The translations under genes and the position numbers were made by a program. Positions 35,278 to 43,967 of a DNA stretch of 64,000 nucleotides are shown here, in pieces. The notes under the pieces were generated by a model. It saw only the letters and a list, made by a program, of their open reading frames with translations. It was not told where the DNA came from and made no database searches. Position 1 is the stretch's first letter; each line of letters opens with the position of its first letter. The DNA is taken from positions 69,058-133,057 of the IMG/VR virus record IMGVR_UViG_2910903598_000005; one strand, 5' to 3'. Origin of the DNA: a virus (lineage: Duplodnaviria; Heunggongvirae; Uroviricota; Caudoviricetes).

Positions 35278-35790
35278 ATGAGTACAACAAAAACAATTGA
35301 TATTTCAGTGCTGCCAGAGGCAGAACAGGATCTAATAAAAGCATTATTTGATAAATGTTGTGAAAGAGCGAAACCAAAAGAAAAAACTAATTCAGGGTCT
35401 AAAGTTTGGAAACCAAAATACGGTGAAAGATATCATTACATTGATGGTAGCGGATCTATTTATAGTGCAATATGGTTTAATAGCATTGTCGATAACGGTA
35501 GATGGGTATTAGGCAACGTATTTAAAACACAAGAAGAAGCAGTATTTGCAAGAAAGAAAAGAAAAGTAGAAGTTGAACTTGAGCGGTATGCAAAGGAACA
35601 CAATGGCACAGAATTTGCCAATCGTTGTTATTGTATTCGATGTGAAGAAGACGGAAAAAGACTTCTTTGCGATACATGGGCTACAACAAAAATACAGGGT
35701 ACAGTTATGTTTACATCAAAAGATGTTTTAGTTGATGCAATTGAAGCAATCGGAAGAGACAGAATCATTAAATACATCTTTGGAGCATAA
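35278..35790 (+). CDS. hypothetical protein, paralog A of a tandem pair
   Basis: The N-terminus KTIDISVLPEAEQDLIKALFDKCCER matches the next ORF (KTIDISKLSEAQQNLFKSLFEQFCER). Both share LGNVFKT and RIIKYIFG/RIIKYLFD. Confidence 0.55.
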   Translation: MSTTKTIDISVLPEAEQDLIKALFDKCCERAKPKEKTNSGSKVWKPKYGERYHYIDGSGSIYSAIWFNSIVDNGRWVLGNVFKTQEEAVFARKKRKVEVELERYAKEHNGTEFANRCYCIRCEEDGKRLLCDTWATTKIQGTVMFTSKDVLVDAIEAIGRDRIIKYIFGA

Positions 35791-35806
35791 AGTGAGGTGA
35801 AAGAAA

Positions 35807-36340
35807 ATGGGTATAGCAAAGACAATTGATATTTCAAAATTATCTGAAGCACAACAGAATTTATTCAAATCATTATTTGAGCAATTTTGTGAAAGATCAG
35901 AAAAAGAAGAAAAAGCTAATTCATGTGGTTTAAAGAATGGGGATACGTATTATTTCATCACTGATGATGGGCATATCTGTATGGCAAAATGGCAAGGTAG
36001 AGCATCAGATTTTAGAAGATTAGCTTTAGGTAATGTATTTAAGACTGAAAAGGATACAGAGTTTGCTATTGAAAAGCAGAAGGTTAGGGTTGAATTGCAA
36101 ATATATGCTGATGAACATAATGATCCTGATCAAGAAGAATGGGATGGAGCGAATTTTCATTATTATATTGGATATGATGTGACTGAGGATGATTTGGCAA
36201 AAATCCCTGCCGTACAACTTAGACGCCTAAATGAGGTATATTTTTCTTCTAAAGAAATCGCTGAGGATGCCGCCAACAAGGTTGGAGCAAAACGCATCAT
36301 AAAATATCTATTTGATGTTGATTGTGAGGTGGATGAATAG
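35807..36340 (+). CDS. hypothetical protein, paralog B of the tandem pair
   Basis: See 35278. Ribosome-binding site AGTGAGGTG. Confidence 0.55.
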   Translation: MGIAKTIDISKLSEAQQNLFKSLFEQFCERSEKEEKANSCGLKNGDTYYFITDDGHICMAKWQGRASDFRRLALGNVFKTEKDTEFAIEKQKVRVELQIYADEHNDPDQEEWDGANFHYYIGYDVTEDDLAKIPAVQLRRLNEVYFSSKEIAEDAANKVGAKRIIKYLFDVDCEVDE

Positions 36341-36341
36341 T

Positions 36342-36545
36342 ATGAAAGTTTTATATAGAGGTAAGCCATACAAAGTGTATGGAACACATACAAAACATAC
36401 TGGGAGAGATCTTGCCAACGTAGAGGGGGAAGCAGTTGCATCGTTCTTAATATATATAGATGATAGATGGTTGTGGGTTTATGCTGGTGATTGTATACCA
36501 TACAAAAAGAAAAAACATAAGAAGGAAAAGGATAAACGATATTAG
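36342..36545 (+). CDS. hypothetical basic protein (67 aa)
   Basis: ATG after GAGGTGGATG. The track ORF starts at an upstream ATG. Confidence 0.4.
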   Translation: MKVLYRGKPYKVYGTHTKHTGRDLANVEGEAVASFLIYIDDRWLWVYAGDCIPYKKKKHKKEKDKRY

Positions 36546-36639
36546 ATACGCACTTAGAGATGTTTCGCTATTTGCACTTACAAATTGTGTTGATGATGAA
36601 GAAAAAATAATATTTACAATTCAAGGGAGCAAGGCTGAT

Positions 36640-36960
36640 ATGAATTACAATCTAACATTCCCTGTCGTAGTTCTGAAAGATGAAAATGACTCAGTTCCAT
36701 ATATGGCATATATCCCATATTTTGATGTGATGACGCAGGGATATGATGAAGAAGAATTGCAGATGATGATCAAAGATTTGTTGAATCTCTGCTTAGAAGA
36801 TAAGGAATCTTACACAATTCCAGGTTGGGCATATCATTATTTCAATGAAGACGATGTCAAAGAACGAGGCAGAAAATATTTTAAAGAACTTGATGACGGA
36901 GACGATACATATTTTCAAAAGAATTTTTACACAGTATGGTGGTTCGATTTCAGGCGATAG
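36640..36960 (+). CDS. HicB-like (UPF0150) domain protein with no adjacent HicA
   Basis: MNYNLTFPVVVLKDENDSVPYMAYIPYFDVMTQGYDEEELQMMIKDLLNLCLED matches the HicB N-domain pattern. Ribosome-binding site AAGGGAGCAAGG. Confidence 0.5.
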   Translation: MNYNLTFPVVVLKDENDSVPYMAYIPYFDVMTQGYDEEELQMMIKDLLNLCLEDKESYTIPGWAYHYFNEDDVKERGRKYFKELDDGDDTYFQKNFYTVWWFDFRR

Positions 36961-36987
36961 TAGTAGATAGAAAAGGAGAAAGATAAA

Positions 36988-37167
36988 ATGGACGTTTTGT
37001 TTTACATAATTTGGGTATTGGCGTTTATTGTAATCGTAGCAATTGGTGTTGGAGTACCATACATGACTTATTACAATTACAAAAGGATTAAGGCAATGGA
37101 TAAGAAACTTACGGGTATGTGCACAGGTCTTGGCATTATGTTAAGACCAGAAGAGGATGATGAATAA
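36988..37167 (+). CDS. small membrane protein (59 aa)
   Basis: Ribosome-binding site AAAAGGAGAAAG. Hydrophobic N-terminus. Stop overlaps the next start. Confidence 0.45.
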   Translation: MDVLFYIIWVLAFIVIVAIGVGVPYMTYYNYKRIKAMDKKLTGMCTGLGIMLRPEEDDE

Positions 37168-37829
37168 TGAGAGAGCTAAAAAACTATGAAGTTCTGATTA
37201 GTGGCGTTGTCACAGTTAGCGTTGTTGGTAGGACACAACCAGAAAAACGATATATTTTAGAGACTGTTTTAGATCATTTGCCAGAAATACGTGCTTCTTT
37301 TGGTGGTTGTATGAAAACCCATATCATTGAAAAAAATGGCATAACAGATCGTTCGTATCAAAATGAATTTGGACAGAATATCGATAAAAGCTATTCTACG
37401 CAAGATTCTTATATGATAGTTATTGAAGGAAAATATCGAGATGCACTGTATACCATTAATGAAGTCTACAGAGGTTTTCAAAAATGGATATGTAGATTGG
37501 CAAAAAGATTGTATGTTGAAGACACCTTAGTTAAGTTGACCCAATGCTGTGATAAATGGATTAAAAAAGAAAAAATTATCACAAATGCAAATAATCAATA
37601 TCAGAATATGTTTGAAGAATATTCATGGGTTGATTCAAGAAGTATGAATTGGACTGAATACTTATTATGGGATCGCACAGAGTTTCCACATATGCCAAAT
37701 GGCGTGAAAGAATATTATCAACACGGAAATGAATCTCATGAATGTACACATCATTGGCACAAGCTAATAGAAGAATCTCATCCACATGCTGTAACTCCGT
37801 ACATCAAAAAAAGGTTTATCGATGTTTAA
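37167..37829 (+). CDS. hypothetical protein (220 aa), His/Cys-rich C-terminus
   Basis: Long ORF. Translationally coupled to the upstream gene. Confidence 0.5.
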   Translation: MRELKNYEVLISGVVTVSVVGRTQPEKRYILETVLDHLPEIRASFGGCMKTHIIEKNGITDRSYQNEFGQNIDKSYSTQDSYMIVIEGKYRDALYTINEVYRGFQKWICRLAKRLYVEDTLVKLTQCCDKWIKKEKIITNANNQYQNMFEEYSWVDSRSMNWTEYLLWDRTEFPHMPNGVKEYYQHGNESHECTHHWHKLIEESHPHAVTPYIKKRFIDV

Positions 37830-37884
37830 AATGTCGGAATATGAAACAAATTAAGATATCTTTGAAAGATGGGAGAATAATTAA

Positions 37885-38052
37885 ATGAGAAGATTAATTT
37901 GGTATATCAGGTCTTGTTTCTGCAAACATGATTGGGAACAGATATTTGATTCAGATATATATTGGAGCAATAAATCAACTAAGCCTTATAAGTGTGAAAA
38001 AGTTTATCGCTGCAAGAAATGTGGTTGTGAGAAAAGATATGTAATAGAGTAA
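37885..38052 (+). CDS. small zinc-ribbon protein (55 aa)
   Basis: CxxC motifs (CFCKH ... CEKVYRCKKCGCEK). Ribosome-binding site GGGAGAA. Confidence 0.35.
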   Translation: MRRLIWYIRSCFCKHDWEQIFDSDIYWSNKSTKPYKCEKVYRCKKCGCEKRYVIE

Positions 38053-38085
38053 AATCTGAGTTTTATTTACGGGAGGTGATTAGAC

Positions 38086-38397
38086 ATGGGAGCAAATATT
38101 GAGTTTGTCATTGGCTATGCGATTGGATTTTGTATCGTTGGAGCGATTGTATTTCTGAGATACGAAAGAAAGTTAGATCGGATGAGGCAGGCAAATGTAA
38201 GTTTGATCTTAGATAAGATGTCGTTTATGGCTGATGCTAACAACAAAGAAAATGATACATATAATAAGGAAGAAACTCGTTCAGATGTTAAGGACGCAGT
38301 GAAGTATGCAATGAAGAAAAGTCATCCAGATAATGGTGGCAGTGCAGATGATTTTAGAAAATTTAGAGAGCTTTATGAAGAAATGGAAGGTAAGTAA
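38086..38397 (+). CDS. membrane-anchored J-domain protein (DnaJ-like co-chaperone fragment with HPD motif)
   Basis: N-terminal transmembrane helix IEFVIGYAIGFCIVGAIVFL. C-terminal DVKDAVKYAMKKSHPDNGGSADDFRKFRELYEEM matches J-domain helices II-III with the invariant HPD. Ribosome-binding site GGGAGGTG. Confidence 0.6.
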   Translation: MGANIEFVIGYAIGFCIVGAIVFLRYERKLDRMRQANVSLILDKMSFMADANNKENDTYNKEETRSDVKDAVKYAMKKSHPDNGGSADDFRKFRELYEEMEGK

Positions 38398-38679
38398 ATG
38401 CTAAAGGTCGGAGATAGAGTTTATATTTATAGAATGAAGCCAGCGGCTAAAGGAGGTTTGGTTAGAAATAACGACAAAGGTACAATTACTCGCATCGGAA
38501 CAGATGAGATTGGTCGCAGATATGGGTATAGATATATGACCGTTAAATTTGACAAACCAGTAAATACCTCTAATCGTGATATTTACTCTTTAGAATTTTT
38601 TGAAAACAAGGATGATCGTAAGATAGGTAGAATACGAGATATTGGATTCTTACTATATGGTAGAAAATGTGAGGAATAA
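38398..38679 (+). CDS. hypothetical protein (93 aa)
   Basis: Start overlaps the upstream stop (TAAATG). Confidence 0.5.
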   Translation: MLKVGDRVYIYRMKPAAKGGLVRNNDKGTITRIGTDEIGRRYGYRYMTVKFDKPVNTSNRDIYSLEFFENKDDRKIGRIRDIGFLLYGRKCEE

Positions 38680-38684
38680 GACTC

Positions 38685-38870
38685 ATGAGTAAACAAGAAT
38701 CATTGAAGTTTTTGCAAGGTTTGATTGACGAAGTAGAAAATTGGACAAAAGAAGATATTGAGCGAGGTCGGAAGTTGATGGAGAAAATATATAAAGAAGA
38801 ACCAAAAGAAGTTGAAAATAGTGATGGGTATTGGGAATTTATAATGCCAGATGGTAAGGTAGTGAAGTAG
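38685..38870 (+). CDS. hypothetical protein (61 aa)
   Basis: Ribosome-binding site GAGGAATAAG. Confidence 0.45.
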   Translation: MSKQESLKFLQGLIDEVENWTKEDIERGRKLMEKIYKEEPKEVENSDGYWEFIMPDGKVVK

Positions 38871-39079
38871 ATATGGCTAAGAAACAAAATAAAAATTTTA
38901 AAATATTTGGTGTGTTTTTGGAATATAAAAATATTCTGCTCAAATAGTTTTTGAGTACGCCAAAAGTGAGGTTTGTTATAGCACTCACTAAAATCTATGT
39001 TATTTTGTCGGATTTATGTTATTTGTGGGTTTGGCAACTATAAAAAATAACAGAACTAAAGGAATTTAAACAAAAAAAA

Positions 39080-39247
39080 ATGAAAACAAGACAAGAACGT
39101 AAACAGGAAATAAAACGATTCTTTGATCGGCTGAGTCCCAGTGAATTGGACAGGCTGTTAGAAAGAAATGGAATTAATGATAAAGAGTCTGATGAGGCTC
39201 TTGCATATAGAATTATTAAAGAAGAAATTGAGAAAGGAGAGATATAA
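39080..39247 (+). CDS. small hypothetical protein (55 aa)
   Basis: Weak ribosome-binding site. Stop overlaps the next start. Confidence 0.3.
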   Translation: MKTRQERKQEIKRFFDRLSPSELDRLLERNGINDKESDEALAYRIIKEEIEKGEI

Positions 39248-39552
39248 TGAACAACTTCTTATATATTGAATCACGGGAAGAAGAGAATACATCCCTCGAT
39301 TCTAAACGTGTTTTATTGAATGAAGAAAATTACAAACATATTATTTCATCATTAGATCATTATCCACCGACGGCAGACGAAGTTAAGAAAGCAATTTGTA
39401 TTTTGACTGGACGATTGATCTACAGAAGCGTTTGGAATATGGAATCTGATATTGATAGTTTAAATATGAGTTTATCACCGCCAAAAGAAATGACGGTTGC
39501 AGAAATTGAAAAGGAACTTGGTTATAAAGTTAAGATTGTAAAGGAGAAATAA
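39247..39552 (+). CDS. hypothetical protein (101 aa)
   Basis: Ribosome-binding site AAAGGAGAG. Confidence 0.5.
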   Translation: MNNFLYIESREEENTSLDSKRVLLNEENYKHIISSLDHYPPTADEVKKAICILTGRLIYRSVWNMESDIDSLNMSLSPPKEMTVAEIEKELGYKVKIVKEK

Positions 39553-39863
39553 TGCCAATGGCAAAAAAGAAACAAGGAATGTCGTTTGAAATGATGATGC
39601 AAAATATGGAAATTAATCCAAGGCAATTGTATCGTCGTAGTTCGTGGAAGAAGACACGAACAACTTATGATTATGTGTTTATGATGTGCGAAGAAGAATT
39701 AAATGAGATTATTCCATTTGATAAAAAATATAAAATGAAACCACTCTTATGTAGAGACCAAAATGGAGTTATAACATTGGGATGGTTGCCTACACAAGAG
39801 GATATTTTCGCAAATGATTGGGTTGAGCAAGGATGGGATTTTAACAGTAAAAGGAAGAGGTGA
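39552..39863 (+). CDS. hypothetical protein (103 aa)
   Basis: Ribosome-binding site AAGGAGAA. Confidence 0.5.
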   Translation: MPMAKKKQGMSFEMMMQNMEINPRQLYRRSSWKKTRTTYDYVFMMCEEELNEIIPFDKKYKMKPLLCRDQNGVITLGWLPTQEDIFANDWVEQGWDFNSKRKR

Positions 39864-39871
39864 ATAATTAA

Positions 39872-40171
39872 TTGAATTTTATAAAAGCAATGATCGCAAT
39901 AAAAAAAGACAAAACTACTATAAGAAGAGGCATTTGGGGAAAGGAAAAGTATTTGAAAATTTATTCGTCAGAATTAACTAATGTTTATTTTGAGTGTAAT
40001 GATATGGGTGAATATAAGCCAGATTCAATTATTTTTTTATTTGATAAAGAAAACGCAGAAGTTTGGATACCTCTTGCGGAAGATGTATATGCAGATGACT
40101 GGGAAATATATGTTGAATCGGTTAAAAAGCCAAATCAATCAAAAGCAAAGGTGAAGGAGAAAGAAGAATGA
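39872..40171 (+). CDS. hypothetical protein (TTG start)
   Basis: Ribosome-binding site AAGGAAGAGGTG upstream of TTG. Confidence 0.4.
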   Translation: MNFIKAMIAIKKDKTTIRRGIWGKEKYLKIYSSELTNVYFECNDMGEYKPDSIIFLFDKENAEVWIPLAEDVYADDWEIYVESVKKPNQSKAKVKEKEE

Positions 40172-40581
40172 AAGTGTTTTTAGGCGGAACATGCTCTGGA
40201 TGGAAGTGGAGAGACCAGCTACAGAAGATGTTGGATTGTGATTATTATAATCCAATCGTAAAAAATTGGAGTGAAGAAGACCGACTGCGGGAAGTCAAGG
40301 AAAGAGAAGAATCTGACTATGTTCTGTATGGCATTACGAATGGTATTAAAGGAGTATACAGTATTGCAGAAGTAGTTGATGATTCTCATAAGCGACCAGA
40401 TAAAGTGATCTTTCTTAATCTCTATCAGGAACAAAAGAATAAAGAATCTAAGCAGATGAGCCACAGTTTAAAAGCAGTCGAAAATTTATTGAAAGAAAAT
40501 CGTATTAAAGTATATTCTGGCGTACATGCTATGCAGGATGTTGCAGATTTTCTTAACTTAATGAATAAACGAAAGGGGTAA
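40168..40581 (+). CDS. nucleoside 2-deoxyribosyltransferase / DNPH1(Rcl)-like Rossmann protein, copy 1
   Basis: MKVFLGGTCSGWKWRDQL...YNPI resembles the N-terminal pattern (iYlAG...W) of PF05014-like proteins. Ribosome-binding site AAGGAGAAAG. Confidence 0.4.
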   Translation: MKVFLGGTCSGWKWRDQLQKMLDCDYYNPIVKNWSEEDRLREVKEREESDYVLYGITNGIKGVYSIAEVVDDSHKRPDKVIFLNLYQEQKNKESKQMSHSLKAVENLLKENRIKVYSGVHAMQDVADFLNLMNKRKG

Positions 40582-40587
40582 AGAAGA

Positions 40588-41541
40588 ATGAAATGTTTTT
40601 ATCATGTTGATCAGGACGGCATCGTATCTGGTTTCTATGTCAGAAAAGCTTGCGAACAGCGAGGTTTAGAGTTTAAACCAGAAGACTTCCGAAAAATTAA
40701 TTACGGCATGAAATTCCCGTTTCATGACATTAAACAGGATGAATTTGTATTCATTGTAGACTACAGCATTGAGCCAGAAGAAATGTGGCAGTTGCTTAGT
40801 ATTACAAAGAATGTATTTTGGATCGACCATCATCAGTCTACGATTGAAGCGTATAAAGATTTCAAGTGTGATGTAAAAGGAATCAGAATTACTGGAGCGG
40901 GTATTTCAGGAGCGAATTTGACATGGTTATATTTTAAATATATGTGTGATGAAAATTGGGAGCAAATTGAGAGGACGGATGAGAAAAATGTAAAAAGATT
41001 ACTCAATATATATAAATATAAAGCAGATTATCCAAAACTGGCAGAATATACAGCCATGTGGGATACATTTTATTTTGGTGAAACGTCAAAACAATTCGTA
41101 AAAGCATTTCACTATGCATTTGAATCGTATGATTTTGATGCGTTAAGTCCATTGCTAAACACGTTAAATAAAGATCAAGGAATTTATGAAGCAGCAAAAA
41201 TTATTGGTGATATGATAGCAGATGGCTTATCAATTATTGAGTATTTAGCAGCAAATGCAGAACAATATCTTAGAGCATATGGTTTTGAAACCATATTTGA
41301 GGGACATAAAGTCTATGCAATCAACAGAGCGTTAATCAATTCTGATTTCTTCGAATCTATTGATGCTTCAAAATATGATATGTTTATTGGTTTCTCATTC
41401 AATGGTAGTATGTGGGAATATCAGTTACGATCAGCAGAACAGGATAAAGTAAATGTATATGAACTTGCTGTGAAATATGGTGGTGGCGGTCATCCGAATG
41501 CAGCTGGATTTAGAAGTGAGAAATATGTGTTAGGAGTGTGA
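40588..41541 (+). CDS. DHH-DHHA1 family phosphoesterase (NrnA-like nanoRNase / pAp phosphatase)
   Basis: Motifs HVDQDGIVSG, WIDHHQS and C-terminal GGGGHPNAAGF. Ribosome-binding site AAAGGGGTAAAG. Confidence 0.7.
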   Translation: MKCFYHVDQDGIVSGFYVRKACEQRGLEFKPEDFRKINYGMKFPFHDIKQDEFVFIVDYSIEPEEMWQLLSITKNVFWIDHHQSTIEAYKDFKCDVKGIRITGAGISGANLTWLYFKYMCDENWEQIERTDEKNVKRLLNIYKYKADYPKLAEYTAMWDTFYFGETSKQFVKAFHYAFESYDFDALSPLLNTLNKDQGIYEAAKIIGDMIADGLSIIEYLAANAEQYLRAYGFETIFEGHKVYAINRALINSDFFESIDASKYDMFIGFSFNGSMWEYQLRSAEQDKVNVYELAVKYGGGGHPNAAGFRSEKYVLGV

Positions 41542-41544
41542 TGT

Positions 41545-42330
41545 ATGTCAAAGAAAAATACAAGAGAAATTGAACGTGCTTTTAGTAAAAGCAGAGATCC
41601 AGATTGGGAAGCCGATGTAGAAATTTATGGAAAAAGGATTTTAAAAACAGTACGTGGTATTTGTCTTGGTGATGAATGGACAGAAATTAATTCATTGAGA
41701 AATAAGGATCGGATTGAGTTAGCGGAGATGTTTTGTAATTTTGACGATCATAATCCACATTTTAATCTTAGCCCTCAATATGTTTTATTGGATAAGTTTT
41801 CTATAACATCTCCTGCGATATTGTGTAGCAATGAAATAGTTATGAAAAATGGCAAAGTTTTGAGTGTTGATAATATATCAGCAAATCTATCAGGCGAAAA
41901 TGAGGTATACAAGATTTATTCAAATACGAAATATGATGATTATACATATTATGATGAATCAAAAAATTTAGTATTTGAATTAGCATCAAAAGATGTTGAT
42001 AAGATAATCCGATTTATGAGAGATTTTATGGATGTATTGCGTGACAGTAAGTTAACAAAGTATAGAAATAGTAGTTTTTTATGGAGACTATTTAACACTC
42101 TTGATATGCCATATTTTAAACAAACATATTCCATGAATGATTTGAAAAAATATACAAACACATTTAGATCTGAGGTTTGTGGTCAACTAGAAGAAACTAT
42201 TCCTAATTTTAAATATACTGGAGTTCCAATGGGCGGGTATATTGAAAGATATTTTGAATTAAGTTATGTAGAGGAAGTACAAAAATTTATTAAAGAACAG
42301 GAGGCTAAGAAATGTGAAGAAACTAAATGA
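41545..42330 (+). CDS. hypothetical protein (261 aa)
   Basis: Coupled to the upstream gene. Confidence 0.5.
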   Translation: MSKKNTREIERAFSKSRDPDWEADVEIYGKRILKTVRGICLGDEWTEINSLRNKDRIELAEMFCNFDDHNPHFNLSPQYVLLDKFSITSPAILCSNEIVMKNGKVLSVDNISANLSGENEVYKIYSNTKYDDYTYYDESKNLVFELASKDVDKIIRFMRDFMDVLRDSKLTKYRNSSFLWRLFNTLDMPYFKQTYSMNDLKKYTNTFRSEVCGQLEETIPNFKYTGVPMGGYIERYFELSYVEEVQKFIKEQEAKKCEETK

Positions 42331-42865
42331 TGAACAGCGAAAGCTGATTGAAGATAATTATTCTTTGATTTGGCATTTGCATGAGAAGTATTTTACAAAA
42401 TTTAAAGATTTTGATACATATATGGATCTTGGTCGTATGGCAATTTGCAAAGCAGCATTAAAATGGGATGAGTCTAAAGGTAATTTTGGGACGTATTTTA
42501 GATGGGTATTACAGTCAGAAATTAATAAATATTATATAAAATGGCATAGCCCAACAGAGAAAATGAACAGAAATGCGGAATCATTGGATGCACCTGTTGA
42601 CGAAAGAGTTGACGCAGAAGAATTAACAATTGGTAGTTTGCTTGTGAGTAACGATGACATAGAGAGTCAAGCACTAACAACAGTATATTATCAAGGAGAA
42701 TTTAACAAATTATCAGACAAGCAGAAGAAAATTATATATATGTTACTTGATGATATTGAGCATAAATACATAGCCAAAGAATTTGGAAAGAGTATTCAAT
42801 GGGTAAGTTGGCAACTTGGTAATATTAAAAAAATAATGCATAGGGCAAAGGCGGTGAGATCATGA
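42314..42865 (+). CDS. sigma-70 family RNA polymerase sigma factor, copy 1
   Basis: Region 2-like YMDLGRMAICKAALKWDESKGNFGTYFRWVLQSEINKY and region 4 HTH LSDKQKKIIYMLLDD...YIAKEFGKSIQWVSWQ. GTG start after GGAGG. Confidence 0.65.
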   Translation: MKKLNDEQRKLIEDNYSLIWHLHEKYFTKFKDFDTYMDLGRMAICKAALKWDESKGNFGTYFRWVLQSEINKYYIKWHSPTEKMNRNAESLDAPVDERVDAEELTIGSLLVSNDDIESQALTTVYYQGEFNKLSDKQKKIIYMLLDDIEHKYIAKEFGKSIQWVSWQLGNIKKIMHRAKAVRS

Positions 42866-43695
42866 CAATTGAAGAAGTGAAAGATTACATAAACTCGTCT
42901 ACAGAGTATGATTTTTTGCGAGATTATCCTCATAAAATCGCTTTTCTCACACTAGGTGGAAGTTATGCTTACGGAACAAATACAGAGGATTCTGACATTG
43001 ATTTACGTGGTGTTTTCCTTAGTGATAAAAGAGAGATTTTGTTGAATAATAATCCAAATAATCTTGAAAAGACAGACGATCATAAAGATGTTGATACTGT
43101 GTTACATTCGCATATTAAGATGATCAATATGCTTGCAAAGGGTAATCCTACGTTTTTAGAGCTGTTATATTTTGCACCAGACCGCTATTTATATATATCT
43201 GATATTGGTATGGAACTGATCAAAAATAGAGATATGTTTTTATCTAAGAGAGTTTATCATGCATATAAAGGATATATATGTGATTGCCTGACTCGAACGA
43301 GTTTTAAGTATTATAAAAATAAAGATTCAGAGAAAGAAAAGCAAAAGGCGGAACGATACGCTAATAAATCAATGATGCACGCAGTTCGATTATTGTTACA
43401 GGGCATTGAATTATTGCATAACGGAACAATGTTAGGATCTATGGATGACATAGGAAAAGATCTTGTAAAGATCAAAGAAGGATATAATAGTACGCATAAA
43501 ACATATAGATTTAGCAAACACAATGAGCATACAGAATATTTCCCAAATCAGTCATACGATGTTTTTATTGAAGGATTACTTTATCAATTTGATTATGATT
43601 ATATGAATACTGATTTGCCAGACGAACCAGACTGGGATCGTATCAATAACTTCTTGATGACAACAAATGAACGAATTGTGAGAGGAATGGTGTAA
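42862..43695 (+). CDS. Pol-beta-superfamily nucleotidyltransferase (RlaP-like)
   Basis: GGSYAYGTNTEDSDIDLRGVF (G-S...SD.D) and a helical region KSMMHAVRLLLQGIELLHNGTM. Confidence 0.55.
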   Translation: MTIEEVKDYINSSTEYDFLRDYPHKIAFLTLGGSYAYGTNTEDSDIDLRGVFLSDKREILLNNNPNNLEKTDDHKDVDTVLHSHIKMINMLAKGNPTFLELLYFAPDRYLYISDIGMELIKNRDMFLSKRVYHAYKGYICDCLTRTSFKYYKNKDSEKEKQKAERYANKSMMHAVRLLLQGIELLHNGTMLGSMDDIGKDLVKIKEGYNSTHKTYRFSKHNEHTEYFPNQSYDVFIEGLLYQFDYDYMNTDLPDEPDWDRINNFLMTTNERIVRGMV

Positions 43696-43697
43696 AA

Positions 43698-43967
43698 ATG
43701 TATGTAAAGATTGGAGACGAAATTGCTTTTCATCCTGGCGAATGCTTAGAAGAATTTGTTGAATCTTGCAGGATGACTCCTTATCAGCTTGCGAGTCAAA
43801 TCGGCATGGATGTTGATTATGTGCAAGGGCTGATTAACGGATCACAAAGTGTTACAAAAGAATTTGCGAAAACAATGGCAGACCATTATGGGTTTGCTGA
43901 TGATGGACAGTTCTGGTTAAATTTACAAGAAACATTTAATAAGAAAGTGGGTGGTAGAGATGTTTAA
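43698..43967 (+). CDS. HigA-family antitoxin-like helix-turn-helix protein (orphan)
   Basis: HPGECLEEFVESCRMTPYQLASQIGMDVDYVQGLINGSQSVTKEFAKTMADHYGF...WLNLQ matches the HigA/VapI pattern. No HigB-like ORF upstream. Confidence 0.6.
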   Translation: MYVKIGDEIAFHPGECLEEFVESCRMTPYQLASQIGMDVDYVQGLINGSQSVTKEFAKTMADHYGFADDGQFWLNLQETFNKKVGGRDV

